From: Octopus sinensis | Lineage: Eukaryota | Reading direction: 5' to 3' | NCBI RefSeq assembly: GCF_006345805.1 | Contig: NC_043006.1 | Location: 97,836,001-97,900,000, forward strand | DNA length: 64,000 nt | Part shown: in pieces, positions 11,599-25,182 of the stretch | How the letters are laid out: each line of letters starts with the position of its first letter | How positions within the stretch are numbered: the first letter of the stretch is position 1 | Made by a program: the position numbers and the translations under genes | Notes under the pieces: generated by a model | Databases searched by the model: none | The model's input: only the letters and a program-made list of their open reading frames with translations | Told to the model about the DNA's origin: nothing

Positions 11599-12605
11599 TT
11601 GCTCGAAGCTCTGCCCCTGTTGGAACTTTTCCCCCGTTTTGAAAACCTTAATGATGTAATTTAAAAATTGACACGCATTCAGTTTAGTGCACTTACACTT
11701 ACTGTTGCCTCTTCACCCCTTTATTTAAACTAAAATAATAGACTTCTTTGCCTGCATTATAACACTACTAATTTCCTTCTTTATAGCGTACTGGTATTTC
11801 TTCTAACAACTCACGACATTTTAAACTTTTCGCACTCTCACCTACGTGGATATCAAACCAAAACTTTCTTAATTGATAGAAATGTTATTCGTTAATGTAC
11901 CTCCTTTGAAAATCAATGGTGTTGTGTATTTTATTCCGTATTTTATTCCATCTATTAATGATACAATAACTTTTGTTAACGTGATTTATACGGTTACAGT
12001 AAAGTGCAGATTTCATTAACTATGAATGTCCACCTCATAACTTCTACATAACTAGAGTTAAAAAGAAAAAAAAATCAAAACTGAAAATGATTATTTTAAA
12101 AGGCTTCCCACAATGCAGTCAAAACTAACGATTGCTTTTATATATTAACGTATAAAGAAACGGTGCCAAAGTGTTGCGATTCACGGAAGTCCAATCAAAG
12201 AAGATCGAGCGTGGTGTAGTTAAAAAGCCACTTAAGTATAAATGTTTAAAACACACTTAAAGAAAATTGTAGCGAAGAATGGAGAGAAAGAAAAAACCAG
12301 AAAGCAAGTTGAGACATGTGATGATATTTAATTTTATAGATGCTAAGCATAAGTCACGCTACCAAGTCATATTTAGATGCCACCGACAGCACTGATAGTG
12401 CCGCAGTACCACCGCTACAACTACCAGAACCACTGCCACAAACAAAGAACAACTATAAAAGCAATATCGATAAAGTTCCCTTAAATGTTGATGATGATAA
12501 CTACAACAGCGATAACTGAGACGATGATGGCGATGTTGCAGAGGACGATGACAACGATGACAACATCGCTGATGCTGCTGCTCCTGTCGTTGCTGTGAGA
12601 GGGAG

Positions 12606-12614
12606 GTTATACTA

Positions 12615-12654
<40 letters not shown>

Positions 12655-12665
12655 AGCTGCTGTTG

Positions 12666-12711
<46 letters not shown>

Positions 12712-12726
12712 TACTGCTGCTGCTGA

Positions 12727-12759
<33 letters not shown>

Positions 12760-12953
12760 TACTACTGCTGCTGCTGCTGTTGCTACTACTACTTCTACTA
12801 CTGCTGCTGCTGATACTAATACTACTACTACTACTACTTCTACTACTACTGCTGCTGCTGCTGTTGCTACTATTACTACTACTACTGCTGCTGCTGCTGT
12901 TGCTACTACTACTACTATTTCTACTACTGCTGCTGCTGATACTACTACTACTT

Positions 12954-13019
<66 letters not shown>

Positions 13020-13030
13020 ATGATGATGAT
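12606..13030. repeat. Compound (CTA)n/(CTG)n trinucleotide array
   Basis: Direct reading; recurring TGTTGCTACT / TGATACT / CTTCTACT interruptions. Confidence 0.95.
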
Positions 13031-13034
13031 AATT

Positions 13035-13280
13035 TCAAATGTTGGTACTAGACCAGGAAGTTTGAGGAAAAGAGTTAAATAGATTACATCGCTTCCTCAA
13101 CTGCTTCTAATCCTTTTATCGATTGGTACTTATTTTATGCTCAACTGACACTTGTATTATCGACCTTGAAAGGATGATAGGCAAAGTCGACCTCGGCCGA
13201 ATTTGAACTCAGAACGTAACGGCAGACGAAATACCTCAAAGCATTTCGCCCGGCGTGCCAACGTTTCTTGCCAGCTTACC
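13035..13280 (-). mobile_element. tRNA-derived SINE family E
   Basis: Minus-strand head AGCTGGCAAGAAACGTT..CTGAGTTCAAATTCGGCCGAGGTCGACTTTGCC. Confidence 0.8.
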
Positions 13281-14673
13281 TCCTTACATTAATGGCGATG
13301 ATGATAATAAGTTGTTGACGATGATGACGATGATGATGATGATAGTGAACAGCTACCAGAAACTTCAGTTTAATTTAAAAGCAAGTTTTGATGAAAAGAA
13401 TGTATTCCTTGCAAACGAAAATACAAAAAGAAAAGAAATAAAGTCAAGAATATAACATTGTAGACTTACAGACTACAGAAAACCAGTTTGTCGGACTGAA
13501 TAAACCCATCAGTGCATGATGGGATGCACTTAGGCAAAAGTGAATGACTAAAAACATGAATTAATAGATTCGCTTTGAAGAGTGTTTATAGAAGCTGTTG
13601 TGTTGTCCGTTATAGAAGCTACGCATCATGAAGAACTATCATTATTAGCAATATAGTGTCATTTATTGTTCACATATTGACGAAAATATCTGAAGGAACG
13701 TGAAAACAGATCAAACAATATAGCAAGAAATTGGTATGAAGCTGAAAGGCGATATAAAGTAAGTTTTATTAAAGGAGACACATTCAGTATTCATATTGCA
13801 GTACTTGAAACTTCTGCCTACATAATACTTAACAAAATAATTAATATTACACACATACAACCAAAATCTTCAATGCAAAACAAGTAATACGGAAAACTTT
13901 TAAATAAGTTATCATAGATAGATAGAAAAAAAAACCTTCCCAGTTAATTAAATAAATAAATCCCACATAAAATAAAGCAAGCAAAATTAATCAATCACAG
14001 AACTTTTGGTAACTAGTTAGGATGTAAATAGTTTATTAAGAGTGAATACAAAAAAAGTGAAGGAAGAAAGAAGAAACCAACACAAGAAGTCGTTGGCTTC
14101 AAGTTAGAGATAGAAAATTGCCAACCATCAAAGTGAAAATTATCAGATTTTCTCTGAAATGGATGTAAAAGTAAGAAAAGAAGAATTGAAAAAAGAAAGA
14201 TGCTTTAATAGAGAATTTGTCGTATCATCTCTTTAGAAAATTAATTTGCTGGAACAAACTTCAAAAGAGTTTGGACAGAGCTGAATAACTAAAGAGAAAG
14301 GAAAAGAAAAACAAGAAATCAAACAACAAACATTTTAATAGTAGTAGGTTTCAAAGCTAATTAGCAATAAATTTCACTTAGTTATATTTTTAAGAAAGTT
14401 TTCTCAGGCAACAGAAACCAAAATGGACCACATACTTAAAATAAACAAAAAAAAATAACAACAAAAGGTAAACAAAGAACAGCTAGACTTTCAAAACAAC
14501 ACCGGCAACAACAGCAACAACAATATCATTAACAACAACACACAGTATTGCGGTGAACACTTTCCTAACGACTCAATTCATTCCGCCAAAATGCTACGCC
14601 TAACATGGAAAAAATTGTTTATACGATAAAAATATGTATAATGCTCCATAATTGCCATGTTTGTAATCAAAAG

Positions 14674-14675
<2 letters not shown>

Positions 14676-14712
<37 letters not shown>

Positions 14713-14823
14713 ATGTATGTATGTGTGTGTTTCTGTGAGTATATATATGTATATATATATATATATATAATATATTATATATATTATATATAATATATAA
14801 TATATATATATATATATATTATG

Positions 14824-14856
<33 letters not shown>

Positions 14857-14886
14857 GTATATGTATATATATGTATATATATATGT

Positions 14887-14934
<48 letters not shown>

Positions 14935-15072
14935 TTATATATATATATTATATATATATATATAGTATATATATATGTATATATATGTATATATTATATG
15001 TATATATATATGTATCTATATGTATATATATATGTATATATATATATGTATATATTATATATATAATATATC

Positions 15073-15131
<59 letters not shown>

Positions 15132-15170
15132 ATATATATATATATATAAATTATATATATACATATATAT
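14676..15170. repeat. (TA)n microsatellite field
   Basis: Direct reading. Confidence 0.95.
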
Positions 15171-15852
15171 TTATCTTTATATATTTATACAAGTGCAATG
15201 CAGTAATATTTCCTCTTGTTTTTTTTTCATATTCTATGATCGTTACATTTAGCCTAAAACTTTATCAAATAGATGCACTTGTGGAAAATACACTTAAGGT
15301 GCCAGAAACATTATGACTTGAGCTGCCTTTTTTTTTCTTCTAATTCTGCTTTGGGTAGAGTAACTTCTATCGTTATTTGATTTCTTACACTGGCATATTC
15401 TTATACGCATTTGCAGGTGGAAACAAACACAGCACCAATATGAATGGAACATTTAGACACGAATTATTTTAATCACATCAGGCATTTTAGTTTTCCCTCT
15501 TCCTTTTGTGGCATGAACGAAACTCTTGCTAAATATAATTTCAGAATAGTATGACTAGTCTCAAACCATAGAAGATTACTGAAATTAATTAATAATTCAT
15601 AATAATATCATTATTGTTCTAATCATATTATATTGTTAATATTATATCTGTTAGTATCAATAAACATGTGTATTAATATTTAGCCTTTTCTTCACTTTGG
15701 CGACTGTAGTTTAGTTCTTTCAAGACATAATGTTAATTACGTCTTCAGGACTATGTAGTTAGTAATACCTTCTCCTTTACTTGCTTAATTTAGATTTCTA
15801 TGTACGCAATCAATGCAAACGATGGAATTAAGCTTCTATACAATATTGTTTT

Positions 15853-15999
15853 GTTATTTACATTATTTACATTTGACAGATATTTGTCCTCATCTTGTTT
15901 GTTGTTAACACAACGTTTCGGCTGATATACCTTTCAGCCTTCATCAGGTGTCTTGGGGAAATTTCGGACCTGGGTTCTCTTTGCTAAGGTATTTTTCGA

Positions 16000-16001
<2 letters not shown>
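15853..16001 (-). mobile_element. 3' (hammerhead-bearing) half of SINE family H, minus copy
   Basis: Reverse complement aligns with 18275-18426 (AACATCGAAAAATACCTTAG..GAGAACCCAGG..CGAAATTT..AAGACAC..GATGAGGACAAATA..GTCAAATGTAAATAATGTAAA). Confidence 0.85.
15907..15952 (-). ncRNA. Minimal type I hammerhead ribozyme motif (PLE-type, predicted dimer-dependent)
   Basis: RNA reads GACAC-CUGAUGA-A-GGCUG-AAAGGUAUAU-CAGCC-GAAA-C-GUU-GUGUU. Helix I is 5 bp, helix II is 5 bp, helix III is the palindrome ACGU, and there is an extra A after A9. Predicted cut after GUU (between 15912 and 15911). Activity untested. Confidence 0.7.
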
Positions 16002-16065
<64 letters not shown>

Positions 16066-16112
16066 TATTATTATTATCATTATCATTATTATAATTATCA
16101 TTATTATAATTA

Positions 16113-16154
<42 letters not shown>

Positions 16155-16180
16155 TATTATTATTATTATTATTATTATTA
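16002..16180. repeat. (TTA)n/(TCA)n microsatellite
   Basis: Direct reading. Confidence 0.95.
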
Positions 16181-17572
16181 TGTTTTTTCCTTCTTCAAAT
16201 TTTCTTCCTTTTCTCGCCGAGTGCTTTTTATACACCTAGGACAGAGAAGCTCATTGTATGCATTCCCAGATTATACACGCAAATTCACAGATGAAATATG
16301 TATTTAAGAATTAATAAATAAATAAATTCATGGACGGATGTTGTTTTCACAGCGATAATGCTCTTCTCAGTAAATGAACCGTTCCAGTTAATACGATTTT
16401 TTGCACTTCCTGTGGGGATGGTAAGCCTGGAATCAGTTTAAAATAGGTTTCAGTACCTTTTTATTTATCATTCCTAGAGATCCTACAATCACTGGTACTG
16501 TAGTCGCCTTGAGATTTTTTTTATTAGCAGGTCTTTATATTTACTAATCTTGTCAAATTCTTTAGCTGCTATATTGTGATCGCAAGGGATACTCATGTCA
16601 ATTAATAAACATATCTTTTTTGTCTGATCTTTTATAATAATATCCGGTTTATTAGCTTTTATAGTCTTGTCGGTCTGTACGGGGAAGTCCCATAGAATCG
16701 ACACATTTTCTCCCTCAGTCACAGCTTCAGGATGGTGTTTATACCATTTTTCAACGGTTTTGGTTTTTATAATGCCGACATATTGTCCAATGTAAATACT
16801 GGCCGACTCTGTCATGTTTTGCTTTATATTCTGCAGGTGCTAAGACTCTACACCTTGAGATTAGGTGGTCTATGGTTTCAATCACATCGTTACAGAATCG
16901 GCATTTTGGGTCAGCTCTATTTTTTATCACATTGGCTTGGTAGTTCCGGGTTAATAAGCTTTGGTCTTGAGCAGCTAATATGAAACCTTCACTCTCTGCT
17001 TTTAGCCCGGAGCTTCGTAACCATTGGTGCGTGTATTTCTGGTAGACATCAGCTTGCTTGCTACGGGCCACATACTTGCCATGGAGAGGTTCTGTTCCTA
17101 TCTGCTAGCTAAATTTTCATGTGCTTTTGTCTTTGCAATTAATTTTCTTTTCTTTGCAGCTGCAGTTGGCGCATTTCCTTCAGCCTGATCAATCTGGTGG
17201 GTATCTAAGGGATCAGCAGCGAATTTTTTGCTCTCTTTCAGAATAGAGTGAAGTTGTTTCGGTCTTTCATGCTTTTCAACAAGTTTTAGCATCCAAACGT
17301 TGGTTACTTCAAGGTATTTGGCCAGTCCTATTGTGGTGGTTTTGTTTGTAAGTTCAAGCTGGATCAAACCTCGACCTCCCTGAGCTCTGGGAAGGTAAAG
17401 GCGACCCACGTCTGCCTTTGGATGGTGCATCTTATTACAAGTCAGTAGCTTCTGGATGTTTCTGTCAATTTGCATTATTTCACTGGTATTCCAGTTAAGC
17501 ACATTGAAGCTATAAAGAACAACTGGTACTGCTAAGGAATTTATGACTAACAAATTTATGTTAGCCATAAAT
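16181..17572 (-). mobile_element. 5'-truncated R4/Dong-type non-LTR retrotransposon (RT thumb, CCHC knuckle, restriction-like endonuclease), frameshifted
   Basis: Motifs HPKADVGRLYLPRAQGGRGL; WLRSSGLKAESEGFILAAQDQSL; CRFC..ETIDHLISRC; LWDFPVQTD..IKANKPDIII..LIDMSIP..KEFDKISKYKDL. Flanked by (TAA)n on both sides. Confidence 0.9.
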
Positions 17573-17574
17573 TA

Positions 17575-17639
<65 letters not shown>

Positions 17640-17788
17640 GGGCGCATGAGTGGTTTTGTGCAAAGTAGCTTGCTTACCAACCACATGGTTCCGGGTTCAT
17701 TCCCTTGGGCAAGTGTCTTCTACTATAGCCTCGGGTCGACCAAAGCCTTGTGAGTGGATTTGGTAGATGGAAACTGAAAGAATCTTGT

Positions 17789-17838
<50 letters not shown>

Positions 17839-18085
17839 GTGTGTGTGTGTGTGTCTTTGTGTGTGCATGTGTGTATGTTTGTGTGTCTGTATTTGTCACC
17901 CAACATCGTTTGATAAACCGATGCTGGTGTCTTTACATCCCCGTAACTTTGCGGTTCGGCAAAAGGTGACCGATAGAGTAAGTACTAGGCTTACAAAGAA
18001 TAATTCCTGGGGTCGACTTCCTCAACTAAAATGTGATGCCCCAGCATGGCCGCAGTCAAACGATTGAAACAAGTAAAGAATAAAA
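17640..18085 (+). mobile_element. SINE family A
   Basis: GGGCGCATGAGTGG..GGTTCCGGGTTCATTCCC..CCTTGGGCAAGTGTCTTC..GAAACAAGTAAAGAATAAAA. Confidence 0.85.
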
Positions 18086-18091
18086 ATATTT

Positions 18092-18171
18092 TTATTCAGG
18101 TCACTGCCTGGAATCGAACTCGGAATCTTGGGCTGGTAGCCCGGTCTCTTAACCACTATGCCATATGCCCA
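18092..18171 (-). mobile_element. tRNA-like head of SINE family H, minus copy
   Basis: Perfect A-box TGGCATAGTGG (18153-18163) and B-box GTTCGATTCC (18110-18119) on the minus strand. Ends GCAGTGACCTGAATAA like the plus copy. Confidence 0.85.
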
Positions 18172-18172
18172 C

Positions 18173-18426
18173 GGGCATAGTAGTAGAGCGTGGGCTACTG
18201 ACCCCATGATTCCGAGTTCGATTCCTGGCAGTGACTTGAATAATAGTAATAATAACAATAATAGTGATAATAATAACATCGAAAAATACCTTAGGAATGA
18301 GAACCCAGGTTCGAAATTTCTCAAAGACACCCGATGAAGGCTGGAGAGTATTTTAGCCGAAACGCTGTGTTAACAACAAGCAAAATGAGGACAAATACCC
18401 GTCAAATGTAAATAATGTAAAATAAC
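18173..18426 (+). mobile_element. SINE family H, plus copy: tRNA head, (AAT)n linker and hammerhead-bearing tail
   Basis: B-box GTTCGATTCC at 18216-18225, AAT linker at 18240-18275, tail homologous to 15853-16001. Confidence 0.85.
18326..18371 (+). ncRNA. Degenerate hammerhead motif (predicted inactive)
   Basis: GACAC-CCGAUGA-A-GGCUG..UAGCC-GAAA-C-GCU-GUGUU. Same fold as 15907-15952 but with U4C and U16.1C core changes. Confidence 0.55.
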
Positions 18427-20012
18427 GTACATAATTCCTCATCTCTCAGATATAGAACTGAATAATGTTGATAATGTCATTGAAAACGTTCTTAGATTTC
18501 AAAATAAAGTATATTGTCAAAGAGGACATGGCCTGTGTTATATCTAGTTGTTGAAGCTAAAGTACTTTCAAAAGACCTAGGTATGTTTTTGTTGATTAGC
18601 CCAGGTTATCCCTAATGACGTACACGTATGGTGAAAAGCAATGTAGCCGTAACTATGTCATCTTTTTTCAGGTTTAATATTTCTATGAATACATTATCCA
18701 GTCTACCCTTTATTTCTGTAAACCGAGAGCGGACATTGTAGAAAAGTTGGCTGATAGCCATTCAAATTATTATTGATTGTTAGCATGTCTTAAACATGTG
18801 GTTTACAGCATGGAAATGTCAATTTCCATGTGTTTTGTCTTCCGGAAATGTCAATAAAACTGCCGTGATCGATAGAATTCAAGAACTGATAATTTATCGT
18901 ATATTTTCCAGAAGATTTCGGGTTTCATTCAGATCCAGCGTACGAGCATTGTATTAATGACTAGAAAACGTAGTTTCCCAGGTCTCAGTTGATCTTTCCA
19001 ACCATAGGTATGTATAATGTGACTCAAAAAGTAAAACGTTGTAACCGTTGACAGTTCCGTTAAACTCAGAAATTTTCTATTAGCATAGATTGCTAAGTTT
19101 GATCCTAGCTCTCTGAAAAGTTGCTTTTGATTGGTTGACTTACTAGCAGCTGGAAGATCTATCTCTCCCTATTTAACGCTTCATAAAAAAATATGCTTCT
19201 TTATCTACATTTGCTTTTATTTTTTTGTTGAAATTTCGAGTCTTGGTATGGTGAGCTCTGCTTCTCCTACTTCCTGGGATTCGGTCAAAACATCACTGTA
19301 CCATTTAAATACTGGGGGCCCTATTATGAATCGTACTCGCTCTCCCAATTTTGTTACACTGCTCGTGATGTGGAAATTAATATTTAATTCGTCCACTCAT
19401 AGTTCATGTCAAATCAAACACCATAGGTAATTTCAGTAATTTGTTTCTCACTGCATCATTCTAACGAAACATTTCAGGGTATAATTCAAGTATTTCAAAT
19501 CAACTGACAAATAACTTATGATGTAACCCGTGTGTACTACATTGCAATTTTACTGATGATGCATATTTATAAATTATAAGATAAATTAGCATAGATGACA
19601 CGCTTATAATGATGCAATAGTAATATAAAATACATAAAATAGTCTGTAATATTATCCTGCGACAGTGTACGTACTTAACGATTTAAGTAAACGGTTCCTT
19701 AACTATAGAACAAAAGCGAAAGCCTAATGTATTATTCACACAGTGCTGACATGACTGTATTAGTTTTAAGACGTTTCACTGATAAATATGAAGCGAAATT
19801 GAATGTATAGTCTATTACCGACACATCATATATAGTATTTATATTATTTCTAAGACAATTGCCTGAGGAATATTGAATTAATTTCGAACATATACACACC
19901 TACACACGCATATATGCTCATAACAGGCAGGCGGGTGGAATGAAGAGAAAGGAAAGGTAATTGTTGTACAAAAACAAAAGGAGAGGGGAAGATGACCATA
20001 CACAAACTCCTA

Positions 20013-20046
<34 letters not shown>

Positions 20047-21127
20047 TACACACACACAAATATATATTGATTTTGTGTATGTCCATCTTCCTGTCTCCTT
20101 TCGTTCATGTAAAATGATTATCTCCCCTTTGTCTTTAAGTATTTTACCTTCATTACTGCGACTCGTTGAAAGCTTTGTTGCTTCTAGTGTTTCCCTTCCT
20201 TCCTCCTTGTCTGTCTATATGTTTCTCTCTCTCTTTTTATCTCCTATATTTTGTAGTTATATTTCTTATCTCTTTCGTTGTCTTCTTTATCCTTCATCTC
20301 TCGGTCAATCTAGGACTTTCAGTTCTTTTCCGCTTATTTGCACCCCTTCTCTTTCCCCTCTTCTTTCAAATCCGTTTTCCGTTCTGATTTTTCCCCTATT
20401 GTCACATACACAAACACCATCCACTCCACTCTCTCCCTCTCTCTCATTATTTCCATCTCTTCCCAAGCATTGCTTCTCCATAACATTTGGTGTTTGCGTG
20501 TTCAACTTACTGTCACGACCATTCTATGCCTGTGCGCGCTTATGGTTTCTTTTTTTGGAATCACCAGCTATGAGGGGAGGGGCAGTTAATATACTCCGTC
20601 CACTGCGACAATGTATTTAAATACAGGTGTATGTTTTACCTTTGATATGTAAAGAAGAATGTGTTGTAAAATTTGTTAAAGGTTTAGGAACATAATCGAA
20701 CACTGGCAGAATAATCGGATAGACATAAGTCTATGATAGACATCAGTCCAATATAAGCAGGAAAATAGTAAAAATTTTGCACCTGTATGTAAATTTCAAA
20801 AAATGCCAATCGTAAAATTTCCTTCATGACTGCAATACTATAGAAATATATAACGTAATTTTGATAATAATTATTAAAACTCAATTTATGCTACATTAGT
20901 AGCTAGCATTAATATTTTAATTATTGGAATGTACCACGATGTAAGTAAATGCGGCCAAGCGTATTCTTCAGTGTTCTGCAGTTTCAATAACGTAGTAAGA
21001 AATTTCCAACATGGACAGAGATGAAAGTTGTTTTCATTATCTCTATATCCTAAGCTAAAACGAACTGCCTGTTCTCCAAATGGTTGTACACATTATACGT
21101 ATAGTGTAGGTCTTCTGTACAGTAAAT

Positions 21128-21340
21128 GGTTTTACATTTTGGTACAAGGTCAGCAAATTTGGGGGAGGAACTAAGTCGATTACATCGAACCCAGTGGTCA
21201 AGTGGTACTTATTTTATCAGTCCCGAAAGGATGAAAGGCAAAGTCGACTTCGGCAGAATTTGAACTTAGAACGTAAAGACGGACAAAGTGCCGCTAAGCA
21301 CTTTTCCCGGCGTGCTAACGATTCTACCTGTTCGCCACCT
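21128..21340 (-). mobile_element. SINE family E
   Basis: GTCGATTACATCGAACCCAG..GAAAGGATGAAAGGCAAAGTCGAC..AATTTGAACTTAGAACG..CGGCGTGCTAACGATTC. Confidence 0.85.
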
Positions 21341-23999
21341 TTTTTCTATGCAATAATAACGAGTAAATTCATTCTGCGGAACTGTTTCGCGGCACATGCA
21401 TTAATGGAAATTGGTAAATGTGTGAGACACCCAAAGTTTCAAGATTCATTAATTTTATTTCTGACGCCGTTTTATATTTCAAAATATAGTAACAGCAATA
21501 CTATAACTTTTTTCTAAGTTGACACATACTTACTATTAAAATCCTGTAGGTAAGAATGTAGCCATAAGTAGAAATTGATGTAACGTAGAGTGCGTCGTAG
21601 TCATCTACTTAGGAATTGTGTGGTCAGAATAATACAAGGAGATGTACAACAGATTATTGTCATTTTTGGAAATATCCCCGAATCTTATTACTTAACAGAA
21701 AGGAACAGAAGTCAGCAAACAGTTTTTGAGTCGCATGTGTTTTACGCGCACGAAAATTAGTAGGAAGAAAGTATTGAGACTGATTTCTCTGTGAATATAT
21801 TTGAATAATAAAGCGCTGTTCGTTGTCGACGCTTGTGGCAACAACAGATTTTTATATGAACCAGAAGCAATTTATCCAAACACTTCATTTATCGCAGTGC
21901 AAGTACAATTGGATTATCATTAGTAGTTATGACGAGCGTCGGTTGGGGACTGAGGCTTAATATTCTAATCTGAAACATTCGTTTGCCTCGTTCTATTTAG
22001 GAGACAAGTACATGATAATGGGAATGAATTCAAATTGTGTATTAGTGAATAATTTGAAGGCTCTTCTGGATTACTATCAGGTCTAGCAGGCATGTTTGTA
22101 TTTTCAGTAAAGTAGTCACGCATCATTAGAGAAAACATAAAGCAGTTGAGTACGATGGGGTCATAAAAATATGATGTATCTATGAGTCTGTCCTTAATAA
22201 ATAGGGGGATACGTTTTTGAGACAATGGAGCTTTACTATTAATTGGCGAAGCACTCGTTTTGACGCAATGAACGATGACACATAGAACAAGCTACGAGCA
22301 ATTTGAATCCGCTTTAAATCAAGAAGAGATTCCTTCTTATCTTCTTTTAGTTGATTTGTCATTTTCGTTGCCTTTCTTCAAGTTTAAACTACTGAAATAT
22401 GCCTCTATTTTGCATATATGCCTCTATGTTTTAGGCCTCTTCGCTATCTTGTAACTATTTTTCAACCAATAAAGAAAAAAAGCTATTTTTAGGGTATACT
22501 ATTGGCTGGGAAATTTGCATATGCTCTTGATTGTATATACATATACTTTCATAATGGAATGAAAATTTCACGCTGTTTCCAGAACAAATAGCATTGTCTG
22601 GTTTAAAACAATGATGGAGTAGCGTTGTTCTTTCAAGACAAACAAATGGCTTCACTCATTTTAGGAAGAGGTTAGTAAGCAATTGGCGAGAATAGAGAAG
22701 CGTACGAGATAAATCTTTTATATGTTAAAAATGTCCATATTTTTAACTAGATACGTTTGAAATTTGTTTAAATCAATTTAAAGAATTAAATTACCGATGA
22801 AATTACCATTATATCAAGCATAATCACAATACACAAGCATTTACTCTTCGATAACCTTTCCTACAATCCTGCCAATGGGGAGCAGACAGCCACTTAAGTA
22901 GATGTAAGTAGTACAGTTATCGCAGCTCATTAGTCTAATGGATATTCTAATGTGTCGCCGTTCTTATCGTGTCAACGTCATCTTGCTAACTAGAGCTTTG
23001 ATATTTGATAGCGAAACAATTAGCAGTGGGACTACAATTAATAGTGCTAGTTTCATTCTTATCTTTAAAAAAAAATCTAATTCAATTATAATTTGTCGTT
23101 TTATTCTTCATTGTCATTGTAATTACAGTATCCAGTCCGGTAATGAACTGAAATAGTTTGTTTGAAACCATTTCTCTCCTACGTCCAAGTGTAGTTGCAT
23201 TTTAATGCGCTATAAGCTTCCGATCTTTTATCATGGAATTACAAATAAAAATCGGAGAAAATGTGTGAAGTATTTAGATTCTACGTTAATGTGTCTCACT
23301 GGAGGACGTACTGTGATGCAATATAAGAATATTACAAGCTGCAACATTCTTATATTACACTGAAAAAAATTCATTTTCATGAGCAAATCAACCAGGAGTA
23401 ATGCATAACACTTCAAACTAAAAGATACTTCAGGGAATGATATGTGTGAAGATTGAAATGCCTCTATCGGAAATCAATTTGACAAGAGAAATTTGGCTTG
23501 CAAGAAACGTACAGCTACTCTATAGCGTTTACTAGGTCATGCGTATGCATACCTAATAACGTAGAGTTTTCTGCTGCTAAGAAAACTATTAATTAATTGA
23601 GTAGAAAATGGTATTAGTAATTACTTCAGCAGTGCCACTGCTGGAAGTGAAAAAAGGCTAATTGAACGGTAAGAGACATAGAATTAAATGTTCTGCCCAC
23701 AAACATTTTATGTTACAAGCAGCAGATTTCAAAATAAGGCATATTAGGTGTATATAAACTGAAGTATTGGCTCAGCCTTTTCGTCTTTATATACGCCGAT
23801 GTGAATAGGAATTCGCTATAAAACATCGAATGATAAACTGCTTAATTCTAGTGGAAAACGTTTTGTGCACAAACTGCCAAATACTAAATGTAATTGATGT
23901 ATTTTCCCATTTAATAGAAAAAAAAACTTTCAAGTTTGGTATAAAATAGAAATCTTTTAGAAACCATTACGATTTGAAATTGCTGCTGACTTCAATGAT

Positions 24000-24016
24000 G
24001 TATGCATATATATATA

Positions 24017-24097
<81 letters not shown>

Positions 24098-24164
24098 ATT
24101 ATATATATATATATTATATATATATATATATAATATATATATTATTATATATATATATATATAT

Positions 24165-24196
<32 letters not shown>

Positions 24197-24312
24197 TAAT
24201 ATATAATATATATATATATCTATATATTATATTATATATATATTATATATATATATATATATTATTATATATATATATAATATATATACAGACATATATT
24301 ATATATATTATA
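24000..24312. repeat. (TA)n field; further TA/TG/TTTC tracts at 24680-25220 and 25840-26015
   Basis: Direct reading. Confidence 0.9.
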
Positions 24313-24682
24313 CATATATGTATCTGTGTATGCACATGTGTGCATGCATGACAACTGTGATTATCTGTACGTGTATGCGTTCACGAGTATATGTCCGTGC
24401 ACAGAAGCAATTTATTCAGCCACTTATTTATTCATTATTACCACTGAAAAGTGTTGGTAAAGATAAATTGATTTACTTTGGGTAAAAACTTTGTAGTTTT
24501 ACTATACATTCCCCCCCCACCCCCCACTTTACCAAAACTTTCATCATCTCTGCCAATGACATTGCTCCATTTCCAACACGTGATTCCCACCAACCATCTC
24601 TCCTCAGACTACATCTTTTTCTCTGATTCTCGTTAGGCTTTGTTTGATTTTTATTTCTATTCACCTCTTATTCTCTTTCTTA

Positions 24683-24737
<55 letters not shown>

Positions 24738-24806
24738 TTTTCTTTCTCTTCTGTTCTTTCTTCTTTCTTTCTTCTTCTATATTGTTCTATATATTTATTG
24801 TCTTAT

Positions 24807-24856
<50 letters not shown>

Positions 24857-25141
24857 TTATATATATTATTATATATATATATATATAAGGTGTGTGGTAT
24901 ATATATATATATAATATATATAAACATATATATATATTATATACACACATATATATATATATACATATATAATATATGTGTGTGTGTGTGTCTATGTCTC
25001 TATATAAACTTCATATTTATAAGAGACATATATATAAATATTTATACCTATATATATATATATATATATGCATACGAAACAAAATTAAGTTTATATGCAG
25101 ATATACAGATACGCACACATAGATCACACGCACGAACACTC

Positions 25142-25182
<41 letters not shown>

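Noticed and set aside
12607-13082. Poly-Val/Ala and poly-Leu ORFs; also poly-Asn/Ile ORFs at 28753-31529 and 58877-60457
   Set aside because: Trinucleotide repeat artefacts with no flanking coding signal.
18500-19430. Minus-strand reading containing EDKTHGN*HFHAV, which looks like an HUH Rep motif
   Set aside because: About 12 stops in ~200 codons, close to the expectation for random AT-rich DNA, and no other Rep or helicase motif.
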